Shown here in pieces: positions 50,546 through 63,222 of a stretch of DNA of 64,000 bases. The stretch is from Callorhinchus milii (lineage: Eukaryota). The stretch spans positions 111,602,001-111,666,000 of the forward strand of contig NW_024704742.1 in assembly GCF_018977255.1 (NCBI RefSeq). The letters run 5' to 3'. Made by a program: the position numbers and the translations under genes. The first letter of the stretch is position 1; each line of letters begins with the position of its first letter. Under the pieces are notes generated by a model. The model did not search any database. It worked only from the letters and a program-made list of their open reading frames with translations, and was not told where the DNA came from.

Positions 50546-51844
50546 TGTCCACTTGCATGAGTAATGTTTAAAAATTACACACATATAATTTGTACCGATA
50601 GCGAGCAGGAAGATCTGGGTGGGAGTCCCAAAAAAAGCAGAAGTATTAGTTTGCAGGAGAAAAAAAGTTTATAAGGTTACGGCTGTGATACTACTCTACT
50701 GGTTTTCAGCAGCTTCTTTTTGTTCCCCTCTTGATGCCATTCCAGACCCAGTGTCACATGACTTACAACTTAGTTCATGCTCTTCCAGAAATAGAATCAA
50801 TGGAGAAGGAAGCTAACCACACAACTGTCCGTTGTGAAGTCTTGCGGTTAAATCTGGGGTACCAGGCCTGAACAGAGCTGCCAGAAACAGAAGACAAACT
50901 ATTTCAGTTCCTTTCTTTCCATGTGCCACTTTGCTGATTTCCCATGTCAAAAAGAGAAGATCTGTTATCACTCGTCTGACAATCCATAAATTAAACAAGT
51001 GGGATATAAAATAGAATTGTCAGTTGGCTAAAAAGAGAAGTATTGATATCTGATTCAAAGAGCTCCATCTGAAAGGTCTATATATTCACAAAAAAAAATC
51101 TTTAATTTCACAGCGCCAAATCTTCAGTAGTCTTTTTTGCATCTAACCCCGCAAAACGACAACTATTTTAATATTAATTTATTCTCTACTAAATGTAAAA
51201 CAGACCCACTTTGGCATCTCACTGGAAGAGGCAAGCCTTTCCACTAACCACCAACTTCACAGAAATCATGATCCTCAGGTTACAAGAAAAGAAAGATAAA
51301 CCAAAAGGAGAATCTCCCTAGAATTGGGCTAATATAGTACAAAACAATAGAATTTAAAGTGGTATTTTGTTCAATGTTTCAATGGCAAAGTGTTGGTAGT
51401 AAGTTATTATTATGCAAAGAAAATTGTTCGGGAATTTATTTTTCCATGAACAACATTCCAATTTCAATGTGGCCTACAAAACCTAATCAATTAACCTTAA
51501 GAAAAGGCTTTGCATATAGATTCTTGTATAACAACAGGACTCCTGCATACATCTACATCTCTCAGTTCCCCCAATTATAATTAACATATCACTGACAGTT
51601 ATGACAAGAGCAAGGACCGTAGGAATATAGAGGAAGACTGTGATCCATCTGGCTGGTCCTAGATTTAAAAAGGAATCCTACTCGACTCCATCTCTCTCAT
51701 GCATATCCCTCAGCAAATTTCTTTCCTAACACTATCTGACTCCACCACTTCTCTGGGTAGCCCATATTGTATACTATCAGCATATTATCTGCTCACTTTT
51801 CAGAATTGCAACTCCAAACAAAAGCAGTTGTAAGATAGTTGAAC

Positions 51845-52045
51845 CTTTACAAATGTAACTTGTTGTTGTTGTTGAACTTTCGTTTGTTCACTTTTCCGGT
51901 TCTAAAGCTGAACCACATGTTCTGGAGCTCGCTTTCACATTCGGGAAGACATCTCCAAGCACTTTGCACAGCTGGCTGGGAACCCGAGCTGTGGGGAGCT
52001 GAAGAGGTTGGGGTAAAGATGACCAAAAAGATGGTCAAAAACATA
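51845..52045 (-). mobile_element. L2 3' fragment whose extreme tail is inverted
   Basis: cgctttcacattcgggaagacatctccaagcact is in minus orientation, but the tail ctttacaaatgtaacttgttgttg lies in plus orientation 85 bp upstream. Confidence 0.7.
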
Positions 52046-52270
52046 AGTCTTGTGTTCTTAGTAAGAACACTTGAGTAAAATCCCTCTTGAGCCTTCTGTT
52101 CTCCAGTGTGAAATAGAGAAAAATTGCACTAGAATCTTTGTGAAAAATTGCTTTCAGAAGATCTGAATTTTTTTTACAGTAACACACAGAAGAATTTGAA
52201 CATAAATTATAAGCTTTGAATATTGTGGTCCACTATTCACAATGGGATTTGTAAACAGTAGATCCTGCAG

Positions 52271-52591
52271 ATAATAATAATAATAATAATCCTTGCATTT
52301 GATATAGCGCTTTTCACGTCGGGAGGACATCCCAAAGCGCTTCACAGAACACACTGTAAAGTGAATTGACTGTATATTAGTGGGCGAACGCGGCAGCCAA
52401 TTGTGCAAAGCAATGTCCCACAAACAGTCGTAGATTGAAAATGACCAATTTATTATTGTTTTTGGTTTTGGAGGGATTATTATTAGGTGTGTGGAGTAAG
52501 GAAACTTGCCTAAGGTTTTGCCCTGCCTGGAATTGAACTCAGGTCTCTCGCTTGCAAGGCGAGTGCCCTAACCACTGAGCTACAGGACTCC
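52271..52591 (-). mobile_element. Young tRNA-derived SINE, full length (CTCCC-loop tail)
   Basis: Near-identical to the reverse complement of 25048-25374 and to 57623-57940. Confidence 0.95.
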
Positions 52592-54929
52592 GATAGGTAG
52601 TCGGTTATGGATTAGGTCGACCAGAGATTATTGTCTGAGGAACTCTACTTGGACAATAACCGCCTGCCGATGCCTCTATGGCAGAAATTCGGCTCGACGA
52701 GGGTCGAAACTAAGATTGGCATCTTAGTGGAAGTCCAGAGGCTGTGCGTGGTCCCATCAATTGACACATATCTCCATGGATTTCTATGAGTAGATCAATT
52801 AAAGTAACATTCCAGACAACAAAGAATTTTAGTCGTTTAACCATGTTTGGTAAACACATTTAAAGATATTCAGCATTTTAAGGTTTAAAGCTCCACATTT
52901 GTGTGGCTCTGTCACAGTATCCTGCTGTGTGTGTAGTTTTTGCAAGTCAATGAGCTCTGTTGGCAGACCTCCCAAGCCTCTGTTTACAGGCAGTCACACA
53001 TTCTCTTCCCCCTTCACCCCAGTTGTACAATATCTGTCTCCCACTCTTTGAACATTGCAGAGCTTATGTCCTTTATTATGTCTTCTTTTTCACCACATGC
53101 TTCAAGGAGGAAAGAAGTTGATAAAGTTCTGACCTTGCTGATGTGTGATTTAACAACTTTTCACAGAAGGTTCTGAATATATGGAGTGGACTCAGAGAAA
53201 AAGTCATTGTGGACCTTAATGTTGGTAAGCTCAGGAAGGAACTGGTGCAGAAAACAACTGAAGTAGATGACACATCACAAGATCACAAGAGAGGTACAGA
53301 TGAAGAAGACTTTTCTGCCCATTTGATCTCATCTTTCCAAGATTTGAACCTTACTATCCGCCCATTACAACACAATATAAATTTATATCGCACCTTTAAC
53401 ATCCGGAGGACTTCTCAAGGCAATCCTGGTTTGGCACCCAAGCTGGAGGTGGGAGCCGAGGGGTTTGGGGAGATGAATGGTGACTGAAAGAGAATTACAT
53501 TACTACATTATCACAGTAACTGAGTCCAGTGTCCTGGCTTCATCCTCCTTTGCTGGTAACCCAATCCAGTTGTTATTTATCCTCTTTGTAAAGAAATACT
53601 TGCTAGTGCCTGTCCTAAAATTGCCTTTCCAACAATGAACCTGTGCCCTCTTGTTCTGCTACAGTGGCATTTATTAAAAGTATTGTTCTGTATTTCCTTT
53701 CTCAATCCCATTTAGCCTTAGGCGCAGTGTATGGCAGTTTTTAAAATTTGGGACTGATCACAAAGGTCCTTTCCAGTCAGATTGTCCATATTACATACAT
53801 ATTATTATTATTATACAATTGTATATTTTTAAGAGTGGGATCAAAACTACATTACACATAAAGTATTCTCCAGCCTTTTCTTCTCCATTAAGGCACAGCA
53901 ATTCAGAAATAACACCATAGAACCATACGCTTCGGAGAGGTTTGTTTCCAAATGGGCAGTGCTGGTAAAAAAATATTAATTGTCTTAGCGGAATCTCAAT
54001 TATATGCTTTTGCCCACAAAATACACAGTCACTCCAATTTACATCATATCCTGTGAAGCGTTTTGAGAAGTCCTGCAGACTTGAAATGCACTTTACCAAA
54101 TGCAAGGATTATTAAAGATTATCATTATCAACATGTTGTATCTTTCTGTCCATTGTTAGCATTGTAAAGTTCCAGAATGAGTCAAATATAGCAGGAGGGC
54201 ATAATTTAGATTAGTAAGCACCTTTACAGAAAATTTAAACACGACTCTTTTTTCTTGTCAATGTGGAAGTGTAATAAGGAGTTAGTACTAGCTACGCCCT
54301 GTCGGTTTACATGCTGCTGGAGATCAATCAGGCATTGTAATCTTTATAGGTGAGTGGGTGTCTTGTTAGTGACTAGAAAAGGTAACAAAAGACAGCTCCG
54401 TAGTGTGGAACTGTCATGCAGGGTGATGCAGCTGAAATCTATTGTGGTAAACTAGGGAGAGGCCAGCCTACGTGATTCTCCTCTTCAGAAACATGGGGAC
54501 TGATGCCCACAATAATATTCTGCATCATTGTGTGGTTGATTCATGTGAATTAGAATAGAGCTCGTGAATGTGATGCTTTGATTATGCTATTCATTTTAGT
54601 TGCTATCTGCCTTGTGATTCAGGTGCACATAAAGGGATTGTCCCTGCGCCACTGTTTCAGAGACATTTAGAGTCTTTCTCCTGGTTAACTAGTGTGTAAG
54701 TTCTTATACTCTCTCCCATGCAGGTATCTACGTGAAGATAACATGTAAGTTTTTAGAACTGGATGTTGGAGAACACTTTTGAACCTATAATAATATAATA
54801 CTAATCCTTGTGTTCGATATAGTGCCTTCAAGACTAAGAGATGTCTCAAAGTGCTTCACAGAATATGTGAAACCTCTGGCCTAAGGACAGATTTAAGGAT
54901 GAGAAATGATCTTGTGGTCCTAGAAATAA

Positions 54930-55142
54930 TTATAATAATTTTTACATTTCATACAGCGCTTTATCACGTTCTAGATACGTCTCAAAGTGCTTCACAGGAG
55001 TTACGGTAATGTCTACTGAATGTATTTGTAGGCAAACAGGCCAGGCAATTTGCACACAGTAATATTCTACAAGTAGCCAAAGAAATGAATGACCAATTTT
55101 ATCTGGGGGATTGTTGGCCATGGCACCAGGAGAAACTCCCTT
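54930..55142 (-). mobile_element. SINE 3' half
   Basis: cagcgctttatcacgtt..cgtctcaaagtgcttcacagg..caatttgcacacag..caccaggagaaactccc. Confidence 0.75.
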
Positions 55143-55756
55143 TAAAATGAGCTAATCATATACTAAGGTGTCATTGGACACAGATATACTTCCTTGTGCA
55201 ATGCTAAACATTTAACTTTCTGGGGCAATTCAATACAGCAAATATTTACTTGACTGGCACAACTGGCAATTATGGCTCAGTTCATATTCCTGCTTTTCAT
55301 GTTTAGTCAATGTACAGCGTAGTGAGGATACATTTCACCATTTCATAACCAGGCAGTCAGATTTAATGGTTTATCTTGATTATTACGTATTTCTCTCAAG
55401 CAGTCAGAGTTCATTATGAATCCATTAGTAAAGCTCAACTAATTGGCTGTGTATCTGTACAATGTCATAGACAGCTGTCACCCCAATGACATTTGGAAAA
55501 TGCAGTTTTAGTCATAAAGAGCCTAAACATTCTGCTCTAGAGCGCTTGGAAAACATTGGAAAAGGTTTTTGTGTGGCTAAGACAGCATTAGATTCGGGTG
55601 ACAATTGATCTCAGTACAGTGATTGACTACAACAGTGTAGGGGAAGCCATCAATATGTTCTCAGCATGTCACACTAGAATCACTGAACATCTCCTTGTTG
55701 TTGATGCCCTATTATGCTTTCCTGAGTCTGTCAGTCGCTGCGGTGAAATACCCTTC

Positions 55757-58390
55757 AACAACAACAACAACAAGATTACATTTGTATTGCGCCTTTCATG
55801 TCGGGAGGACGTCCTTAGGCACTGGGCAGTACAGCATTTCAGACCCGAGCTGGTGTCAGGGAGGGAGAAGGAAAAGGAGGGAAGGGGGGTGACCGATGGC
55901 ATGGTCGAAGAGGAGGGTCTTGAGGCGGGACTTGAAACAAGCTAAGGAGGGGGCGAGGCGGAGTGATTGGAGGATGGAATTCAAGAGGTTGGGGCAGAGT
56001 GGCTGAAGGCTCTCCCACCAATGGTGGGGCGGGTAGGTCGGGGACATGGAGCAGGCCGGAGCCGGATGAGCGGAGGGAGCAGATGGGTTGGTAGGGTGAT
56101 AGGAGGTTGCAAAGGTAGGGTGGTGCAAGGCCATGGAAGGCTTTGTAGGTGAGGACCAGATCATTTCTCATCCTTGAACTGGATCCTCTGAAAGATATGG
56201 AGCCAATGGAATCGGGCGAGAATGGGGGAGATGGGTTCACAGAGTTTGATGCGGAAGAGGACACGGGCTGCAGAGTTCTGGATTATCTGCAGCCTGTGGA
56301 GGGAGGAGTTGGGAAGGCCAACAAGCAGGGCGTTTGCATAGTCGAGCCTGGAGATGATGAAGACATGAACAAGAGTTTCAGCGGCCTGAGTGGCGAAGTA
56401 ATGGCAGAGTTGGTGATGTTATGGAGGTGAGGAAAGGCAGAGCGGATCATGGCTTGGATGTGGGGAAGAAAAGACAGTTAAGGGTCGAACAAGACACCTA
56501 GGTTCCTGACTGGCTTGGTGAGTTATAATGTGCAACCATGGAGGTTGATGCTACCAGAGTCTGAGGTGCTGAGGCGCTGGCGCGAGCCAATCAGGAGGGC
56601 CTCAGTCTTGTTCACATTCAACTGTAGGAAATTTGCCCTCATCCAGGATTTGATGTCCGACAGGCAGTCTGTCAGGACAGCAGTGGTCCTGGAGTTGAGG
56701 GTGGAGGCAAAAAGATAGAGTTGGGTGTCATCTGCATACATATGGAAATTGACCCCATGTCTGCGGATGATGTCACCAAGGGGGACCATGTAGATATTAA
56801 AAAGGAGAGGGCCAAGGACAGAGCCCTGGGGGACGCCAGAAGTGAGAGTGCGGGGACTGGAGAAGAAACCGTTAGAGGCAACAAGGTGGAGACGGTGAGA
56901 GAGAGAGGAATCGAACCAGGCAAGGGCAGGTCCGTGAACGTTAAGTAAGGAGGAGAGGCGGTGTGTGAGGATGGAATGGTCGACAGTGTCGAAGGTGGCA
57001 GAGACGTCGAGAAGGACAAGGAGGCAGAGGGAGCCCTGATCACAGATGTTCAGAATGTCCTTAGTTTCCGAGGCTCTTTCCGTGCTATGGGCAGGACGGG
57101 AGCCGGATTGGAGGGGTTCAAAGAGGGAATGGTGAGAAAGAAAGGAGCGGAGCAGGGACACGACGACTCGTTCCGGGAACTTGGAGAGGATTGGGAAGTT
57201 AGAGATGGAACGGTAGCTGGAGAGGAGAGATGGATCCAGGGAAGGGTTTTTCAGGATGGGGGTGATGATAGCTGTTTTTAGGCAGGTGGGAGCTGAACCA
57301 GTGAACAAAGAGAGATTGATGACGTCAGACAAGAGAGGGGCCAGAAGGTGGAGCTGGGATACAAGGAGAGAGGTGGGGATGGGATTGAAGGAGCAGGTGG
57401 TGGGTTTGAATTTGCAGACGATGGCGGTGAGGGAGGAGGGAGAGATAGGGTCGAAGGAGTATAGGGTGGGATGGGTGGGGGGAAGGTCATTAGGGAGAGG
57501 TGATGTGGGGGTGGCGCTGGACAGGGCAGAGGTGGCTCAACGTATCCGCTCAATTTTGGATTCAAGGAAGTCCAGCATCTCCTCACAGTTGCAGTTTGAG
57601 GAGAGGATGGGCAAGGCGTGGGAATAATAATAATAATAATAATCCTTGCATTTGATATAGCGCTTTTCACGTCGGGAGGATGTCCCAAAGCGCTTCACAG
57701 AACACACTATAAAGTGAATTGACTGTATATTTGTGGGCGAACGCGGCAGCGAATTGCGCACAGCAATGTCCCACAGTCATATGGATTAAAAATGACCAAT
57801 TTATTATTGTTTTTTTTTGGAGGGATTATTATTAGGCGTGTGGAGTAAGGAAACTTGCCCAAGGTTTCGCCCTGCCTGGAATTGAACTCAGGTCTCTCAC
57901 TTGCAAAGCGAGTGCTCTAACCACTGAGCTACAGGACTCCACAAGGTGGAAGGTGGATGGAGGAGACGGATTGTAGTGGAAAAGAGAAGCCTGGGGTTGT
58001 CCTTTGCTTCCAAGATAACCTTGGAGTAGAAGGAGGATTTGGCAGAGGCAAGAGCACAGTGGTAGGTCCATCGGCAAAAAATGAACTTTATATTTGATAT
58101 AGCACCTTCACCTTGGTGAAGCCAAATCTGCCGATGGACCGTTAGTTTGGATTTGGTCTAGGCGCGTTCGGCAGCTTGTACTTGTGCCTTGAGGGAGCGG
58201 AGATGGCTGGTGTACCGGGGGATTCACGGAGTATGAGGCAGTTCAGGAGGTGAGGGGGGCAAGGGAGTCCAGAATGGAGGAGAGGGAGTTGTGGAGAAAA
58301 GAGAGCAAGGAGGGGAGATCGGTCAGTGAAGGCCAGAGGTGTAGGAGTTCAGATGACTTCAGAGCAGTGGAGAGGGAAAGGGAGGAAATT
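55757..58390 (-). mobile_element. Largest L2 LINE copy (~2.3 kb excluding nested SINE), 5'-truncated, RT region largely readable
   Basis: ORF 56523..57332: KTAIITPILKNPSLDP..YRSISN..QSG.RPAHSTE..LLDVSATFDTVDH..GVPQGSVLGPLLFNIYM..MYADDTQLY..WMRANFLQLNVNKTE; upstream CEEMLDFLESKIERIR; (caa)n tail. Confidence 0.97.
57623..57940 (-). mobile_element. Young tRNA-derived SINE nested in L2 (CTCCC-loop tail)
   Basis: Complete unit interrupting L2 ORF2; no clear TSD. Confidence 0.95.
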
Positions 58391-58559
58391 TTTTTCCACG
58401 GATTTTTTGCCATCACGTTGAGTGAAAGTATCATTACTTCTTGAACCCAATTGTTTTTTGTTATCTTCCTCCAATTCTTTAAATTCTTGCCTTGCACACA
58501 GATGAGAGGGCAAGTGACCTCCTTCTGTTTCATAGGTCTGAGTTTCTGCCTGTATGTTT

Positions 58560-58817
58560 ATTCTATCTTGTGGCCAATAATCCCCAATATGAAATTGATC
58601 ATTCACTTCAAGACTGTGGACATTGCTGTGCACAAATTGGCTGTTGCTTTCATCTACAACAACATTACATTTGTATAATACCTTTCATGCCGGGAGGACA
58701 TCCCATAGTCCCATGTACAAAATACATAATCACTGCACTTTGCAGTATTCCCTGTGATGCATTTTGTGATATCCTCCCTACATGAAGGTGCTATATCAAA
58801 TATAAAGTTCATTTTTT
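58560..58817 (+). mobile_element. Old SINE 3' half with a nested opposite-strand L2 tail (58657-58712)
   Basis: ctgtggacattgctgtgcacaaattggctg..; the insert caacaacattacatttgtat..cgggaggacatccca is flanked by tacaa on both sides. Confidence 0.75.
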
Positions 58818-59124
58818 TCTTATTGTTACCATACAGTTTAAAATGTGGTTTTCAACAACTGGATTAGGTAAATCCAAAAGTGCTTCATGCAGCCTGTGGG
58901 AGCTGAGCTCCAGCAGCAAATTTTGCTGGAGTGAAGTTCCCATGAGTCAGTACGATGCACTTCCGATTACTGACATGAGTGATTATTTGCGAGTCAAAGT
59001 GGTTGTTTAGCAAAGGTAGCAAATAGCACAATTTCAACTCAAATTAACACATTATCCAAAACATTTGCAGTCTCGTGCAGTCCCAAACCTATGAGGTAAA
59101 CCTTCTGTGCTTCTACAAATAATA

Positions 59125-59252
59125 TTAAAAGGTACAGGGAAAGAGATTAGGGCAATGGGATTAGAGCAGATGGCTCCAGTGAATGAGTTAGCACCAGTCA
59201 GATTCGATGGGTTAAGTAGCCTCCTTCTGTGCTGTAAAATTTCCAAGATTCT
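59125..59252 (+). mobile_element. CR1 3' UTR fragment
   Basis: ggaaagagattagggcaatgggattag..gatgggttaagtagcctccttctgtgctgtaaaatttccaagattc. Confidence 0.65.
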
Positions 59253-59931
59253 TCCTATAATTCTGTAACAAATTCTCCATCATTTGAATTACATTGAAGT
59301 CTTTATTTGATTCTGATATTCCATCAACTTTGATCACAAATTTCTGTTAATATATTAAATAGGATGAATCAAAACTATTTTAGGGAGAATAAATTAAACA
59401 AAGAGCTAGTGACTGATTGGGGCATTTTTGATAAGGTCAGTGCAATAGTAATAGATGCTGTGGAGTTTAGGGATTGAGGGCTGATTATGAGCTACCACAT
59501 TGAAATAATCTTTTCTCATATCTCAGCCTGGGGGCATAACTCAGACAACAGTTATTTAAGTAATAAACTAAATATCCCTGGATGTACAAGGCAATAAACA
59601 ACTTTCATAAACTAAGCGCACAGGCCACAGGGCGAGCTGTTTATTAGCAAGCAGAAGCTATTTTTTTGCCAGCTGTGGTCAGGAATTCCATTATGTCTAA
59701 CTATTATTTCAATGTTACATTTTAAGGAAATGAGCAAATGTTCTTTGTAATAATTGCAGCACTCAATAAAAATAGCTGGTTTCAAGAATCCTTTCTGGGT
59801 TGGATATTAGAAACCAGCGTTTCGTTCAACTCCAATATTTTCACTAGGAACTGAACCAACAGCAGCAAACTGTAAGAAGCGTAACTGAGCAGTCGGGCAG
59901 TCGTGTAATAATTTGCGATTGCTGAACCCAG

Positions 59932-59942
59932 AGATCAAAGGG
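59932..59942 (+). promoter_or_regulatory. Optimal TCF/LEF site AGATCAAAGGG in a CpG-retaining unique segment
   Basis: Exact motif; function untested. Confidence 0.25.
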
Positions 59943-61712
59943 ACGAGTATCAAACTGAGAGTGATAATATTATTCACTTTGGTTCTGCATCTATTGGATT
60001 GAATGATATCAGTGGCTGGTTGACACATTGGAGACTAATTTACAGTAATGGAGAAGAGAATGGGAAGTGCTGTTTTGTATCAAGTTAATGATACTCGTTC
60101 TCAATAATCCTCAGATAAAATTCTTCATTCCCTTCATGGTTGTTTGTGGAACATTGCTGTATGCAAATTGGCTGGTGTGTTCACTTCAAAAATACACATT
60201 CACTCCACTTTACAATATATGCCGTGAACTGCTTTGAGCCATCCTTCTGACATGAAAGGAGATATATCAAATGTGAGGATTATTTTCTATACTCATAAAA
60301 TGGTCAGTTATGATTTCTAAAAGCTGGGAAAGTGAGAAAAAGGCCAGAGACCAAAATGCCATCAGGTCTTTGACTGCATTTGGGAATTACAATTAGACAT
60401 TTTAGGAATGTCTCAAATTAGACAGCATAATGGAAGTCAGATTTAGTATTTCCCATCCTTTTTTTCCTTCTATGACTGAATTTGATTCATGATAAAAGGC
60501 ATAAAAACACCGACCTAGGAATTAGCAGTGAGCTGTGGTTATCTTAACTACTCCAAAAAGCTACAAAGCTTGTGTTGTTTTGAGATGAAAGCTGCACTCA
60601 GTCAACACAAGCTCTGCTGAATATAACTTCAGTTTAAGGAGAACGATTCAGTGTAGCAGAAGGAGTGTGAGCCCCCCCACTCCAACCAGATGGTCTCATA
60701 CCACTTTGTATGTCACTGTCTGCAGTATAACTGCAAAGCAGATTTTACAATCTTTGAAAGTTTTAAAGGAAAGCTCCTGGGTGGTCCGCTGTACTATACT
60801 TATGTTTTTAATGTTAGTTCAGAACTGTGCAAGCACACATGCATAGATCACCCCTTTGCCCGATGAAAGAGCAATGAGAAGCTGAATCTGGTCTTGACAC
60901 CTTGCATTGCTCTGCACTAGGTACCTGCAGCATACATGGGAATAACATATGTTTTACATTAATAATCGTTGCATTTGATAATTCCTGCTTTTGATATAGC
61001 GCCTTATCATGTTATTGAGAAGTCTCAATGGAATTCACAGGATCACACGGAACAGTTAACATAATTAAAATTCATCCTTAGAAGCTTTCCTTATATTTTT
61101 GAGGAGAACCCTAACTGTCTGCATCTGTACTCAGAGCCACCAGGGCACAATCAACCAGCTTCAATCAACCAGAGGATAATTAATGGCTCCAACAGGTTGT
61201 GAGGAAGGGCAATTGAGGCCAGGACGTTGGACTCATTTCAAAACCAGCTTGATGCTGTGATGAGAGGATGGTTTGTTGGGTGTTCTGGAGGAATGAGATC
61301 AGAGCAGACAAAGGACTTTCTTTATCCAAACCAATCTTGAAATCTTGTGAGATTTCATCTGAAAGTCCCCTTGAAAGTCCCAGACATTTATTGTTTTAAA
61401 TTTACAGTGTGATATGCTGGTATTGATGAATTAAAAGATAAATATGATACTGCTGCACGGGATCTAAGGTTATACAGCATCATAGATCAATTGGACTGAA
61501 AGGATTGCTCTTAAAAAGAGCAACAACTGGATTAGGTAATTCAGCGTTGATCCAAACACAATAAGCCAAATGACCTTTTTCTGTGATGTACATTTCCATG
61601 GATCTATGGTTCTATCATCACCATTAATCCCTGGTTGAAAAATAAACAGCACAAAACAAAAATAATCCCCAAATAAAAGCAATATATATATTTACTTTAT
61701 ATATTATATATT

Positions 61713-62150
61713 AACAACAGCTTGCATTTATTCCGTCATTCAGGTTAGCATCTCAGAGTGCTTAACCGTGGTGGAGTCTGATGCTGAGCAGGTCAGGGAG
61801 GAAGTTATCGTAAGTACGGTCGAAGAAGAAGTTCTTCATATGTGATATGAAAAAGGACAAGGAGGAGGCAATGTGGAATGTGGAGGGAGAGAATTCCAAA
61901 GTTTTGGTGCGTAGTGGCTGAAAGTACAGCCTCCGATGGTGGAACGGAGAGGACGTGGAACAAGAAAGAAGTTGGAGCCAGATGAGTGGAAGTATCACAA
62001 GTGGTGATGGAGTGGGGAGTAAGCAGATCAGAAAAGTAGGAAGGTGCGAAGGGATTTGTAGACGAGCGTGAGGATCTTGAAGTTGATCCATTCCGTAATA
62101 CGGAGCCAGTGGAGCCTGGCGAGAACTGATGTGATGGAAGTTTAGTGCAG
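61713..62150 (-). mobile_element. L2 3' fragment, degenerate
   Basis: gagcgtgaggatcttgaagttgatcc..ggagccagtggagcctggcgag (LHWL..RI.FKIL) and a caacagcttgcattta tail. Confidence 0.85.
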
Positions 62151-62182
62151 ATGAATATAGTATATTTGCTGTAATTCTTTAT

Positions 62183-62244
62183 CAGCGCCTTGGGACGTCC
62201 TCCCGACGTGAAAGGTGCTAAACAAATGTAATCTTGTTGTTGTT
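62183..62244 (+). mobile_element. Isolated L2 3' tail with perfect stem-loop
   Basis: cagcgccttgggACGTCctcccGACGTgaaaggtgcta..aatgtaatcttgttgttgtt. Confidence 0.88.
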
Positions 62245-62937
62245 ACATGATGACTGTGATGTGTCTGAATATTTCCCTCAAGATCAAGCAGAGAGATTGA
62301 TATATTTACCCATGATGACGTATATTGTTCCACAATATGGATTCCTGTGATTTCTGGTTAAATAATTGGATTTTATTTGGCAAAGCAAAGCACCCTTTGT
62401 GCCACAGAACAGCATGCTATGCATAATGAGCTCAGTCAGGCTTCTAACAGTATGCAAATAATGAAAAAAGGCTACAAGTGCAGAGTCCGTAACATAAATT
62501 GGTTACCTCAGGAAGGTTATATACCACATCTCTCATCTCAGTTCATCGCTCACACAATTATATGCATATAAATATTAAATAGGATGAGCAATGGCCTAGA
62601 TTGAACACTGACCCATAGCATAATCTTGAATACCCATTGCCCAAACTAATGGAAGGGAAAGACTGGCTGAAAAAGAAAAGGCTCTTGTTGGTAATCTATT
62701 TGATGTAGAAGAGCGAACCAGTCTGGAATTCGAGAAATCAATGGCTGAAACAACTGGGAGGAGGAGGAATGAATAATCCACTGGGGGAGTGCTGGGTGGA
62801 ATGTGCTTGCTATTTCACCTCTACTCTTTTAATCCTTAAAAAGACACTTGCTTATTCATGTGTGTCCACCATTTTTTAATTGGAATAAAGTTGGTATTCT
62901 AATTTGGTAACATGATAACATGTTAGCTCAATGGTTA

Positions 62938-63222
62938 GAGTCCTGTAGCTCAGTGGTAAGAGCACTTGCCTCGCAAGCGAGAGAACTGGGTTTGATTCCC
63001 GGCAGGGTGAAACCTTGGGCAAGTTTCCTTACTCTACACGCCTGATAATAATCCCTCAAGAAAAAAGACCAATAATAAATTCAATCCACGACTGTTTGTG
63101 GGACACTGCTGTGTGCAATTGGCTGCCGCAATTCGCCCACAAATATACAGTCAATACACTTTACAGTATATTCTGTGAATCTCTTTGAGACTGTATCAAA
63201 TGCAAGGATTATTATTTATTAT
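62938..63222 (+). mobile_element. Young tRNA-derived SINE with deleted 3' stem-loop
   Basis: Full head and body; the tail reads ctttgagac|tgtatcaaatgcaagg and lacks ~22 nt. Confidence 0.92.

Noticed and set aside
53150..53260. Coding-looking ORF MDLNVGKLRKELVQK
   Set aside because: Upstream it reads FSQKVLNIWSGLREKVI, a decayed CR1 ORF2 C-terminus.
56523..57332. 269-aa reverse transcriptase ORF as a functional or novel RT gene
   Set aside because: Typical L2 ORF2 fragment; 5'-truncated, frameshifted, interrupted by a SINE, and with no endonuclease domain in the window.
1881..57761. Recurrent ORFs ending [13 protein letters not shown] as a small-peptide family
   Set aside because: They are translations of the SINE tail and (TAT)n microsatellite.
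62640..62776. Purine-rich open frame ..RERLAEKEKALVGNLFDVEERTSLEFEK..
   Set aside because: Short, with no splice support; composition is consistent with decayed antisense L2 3' sequence.
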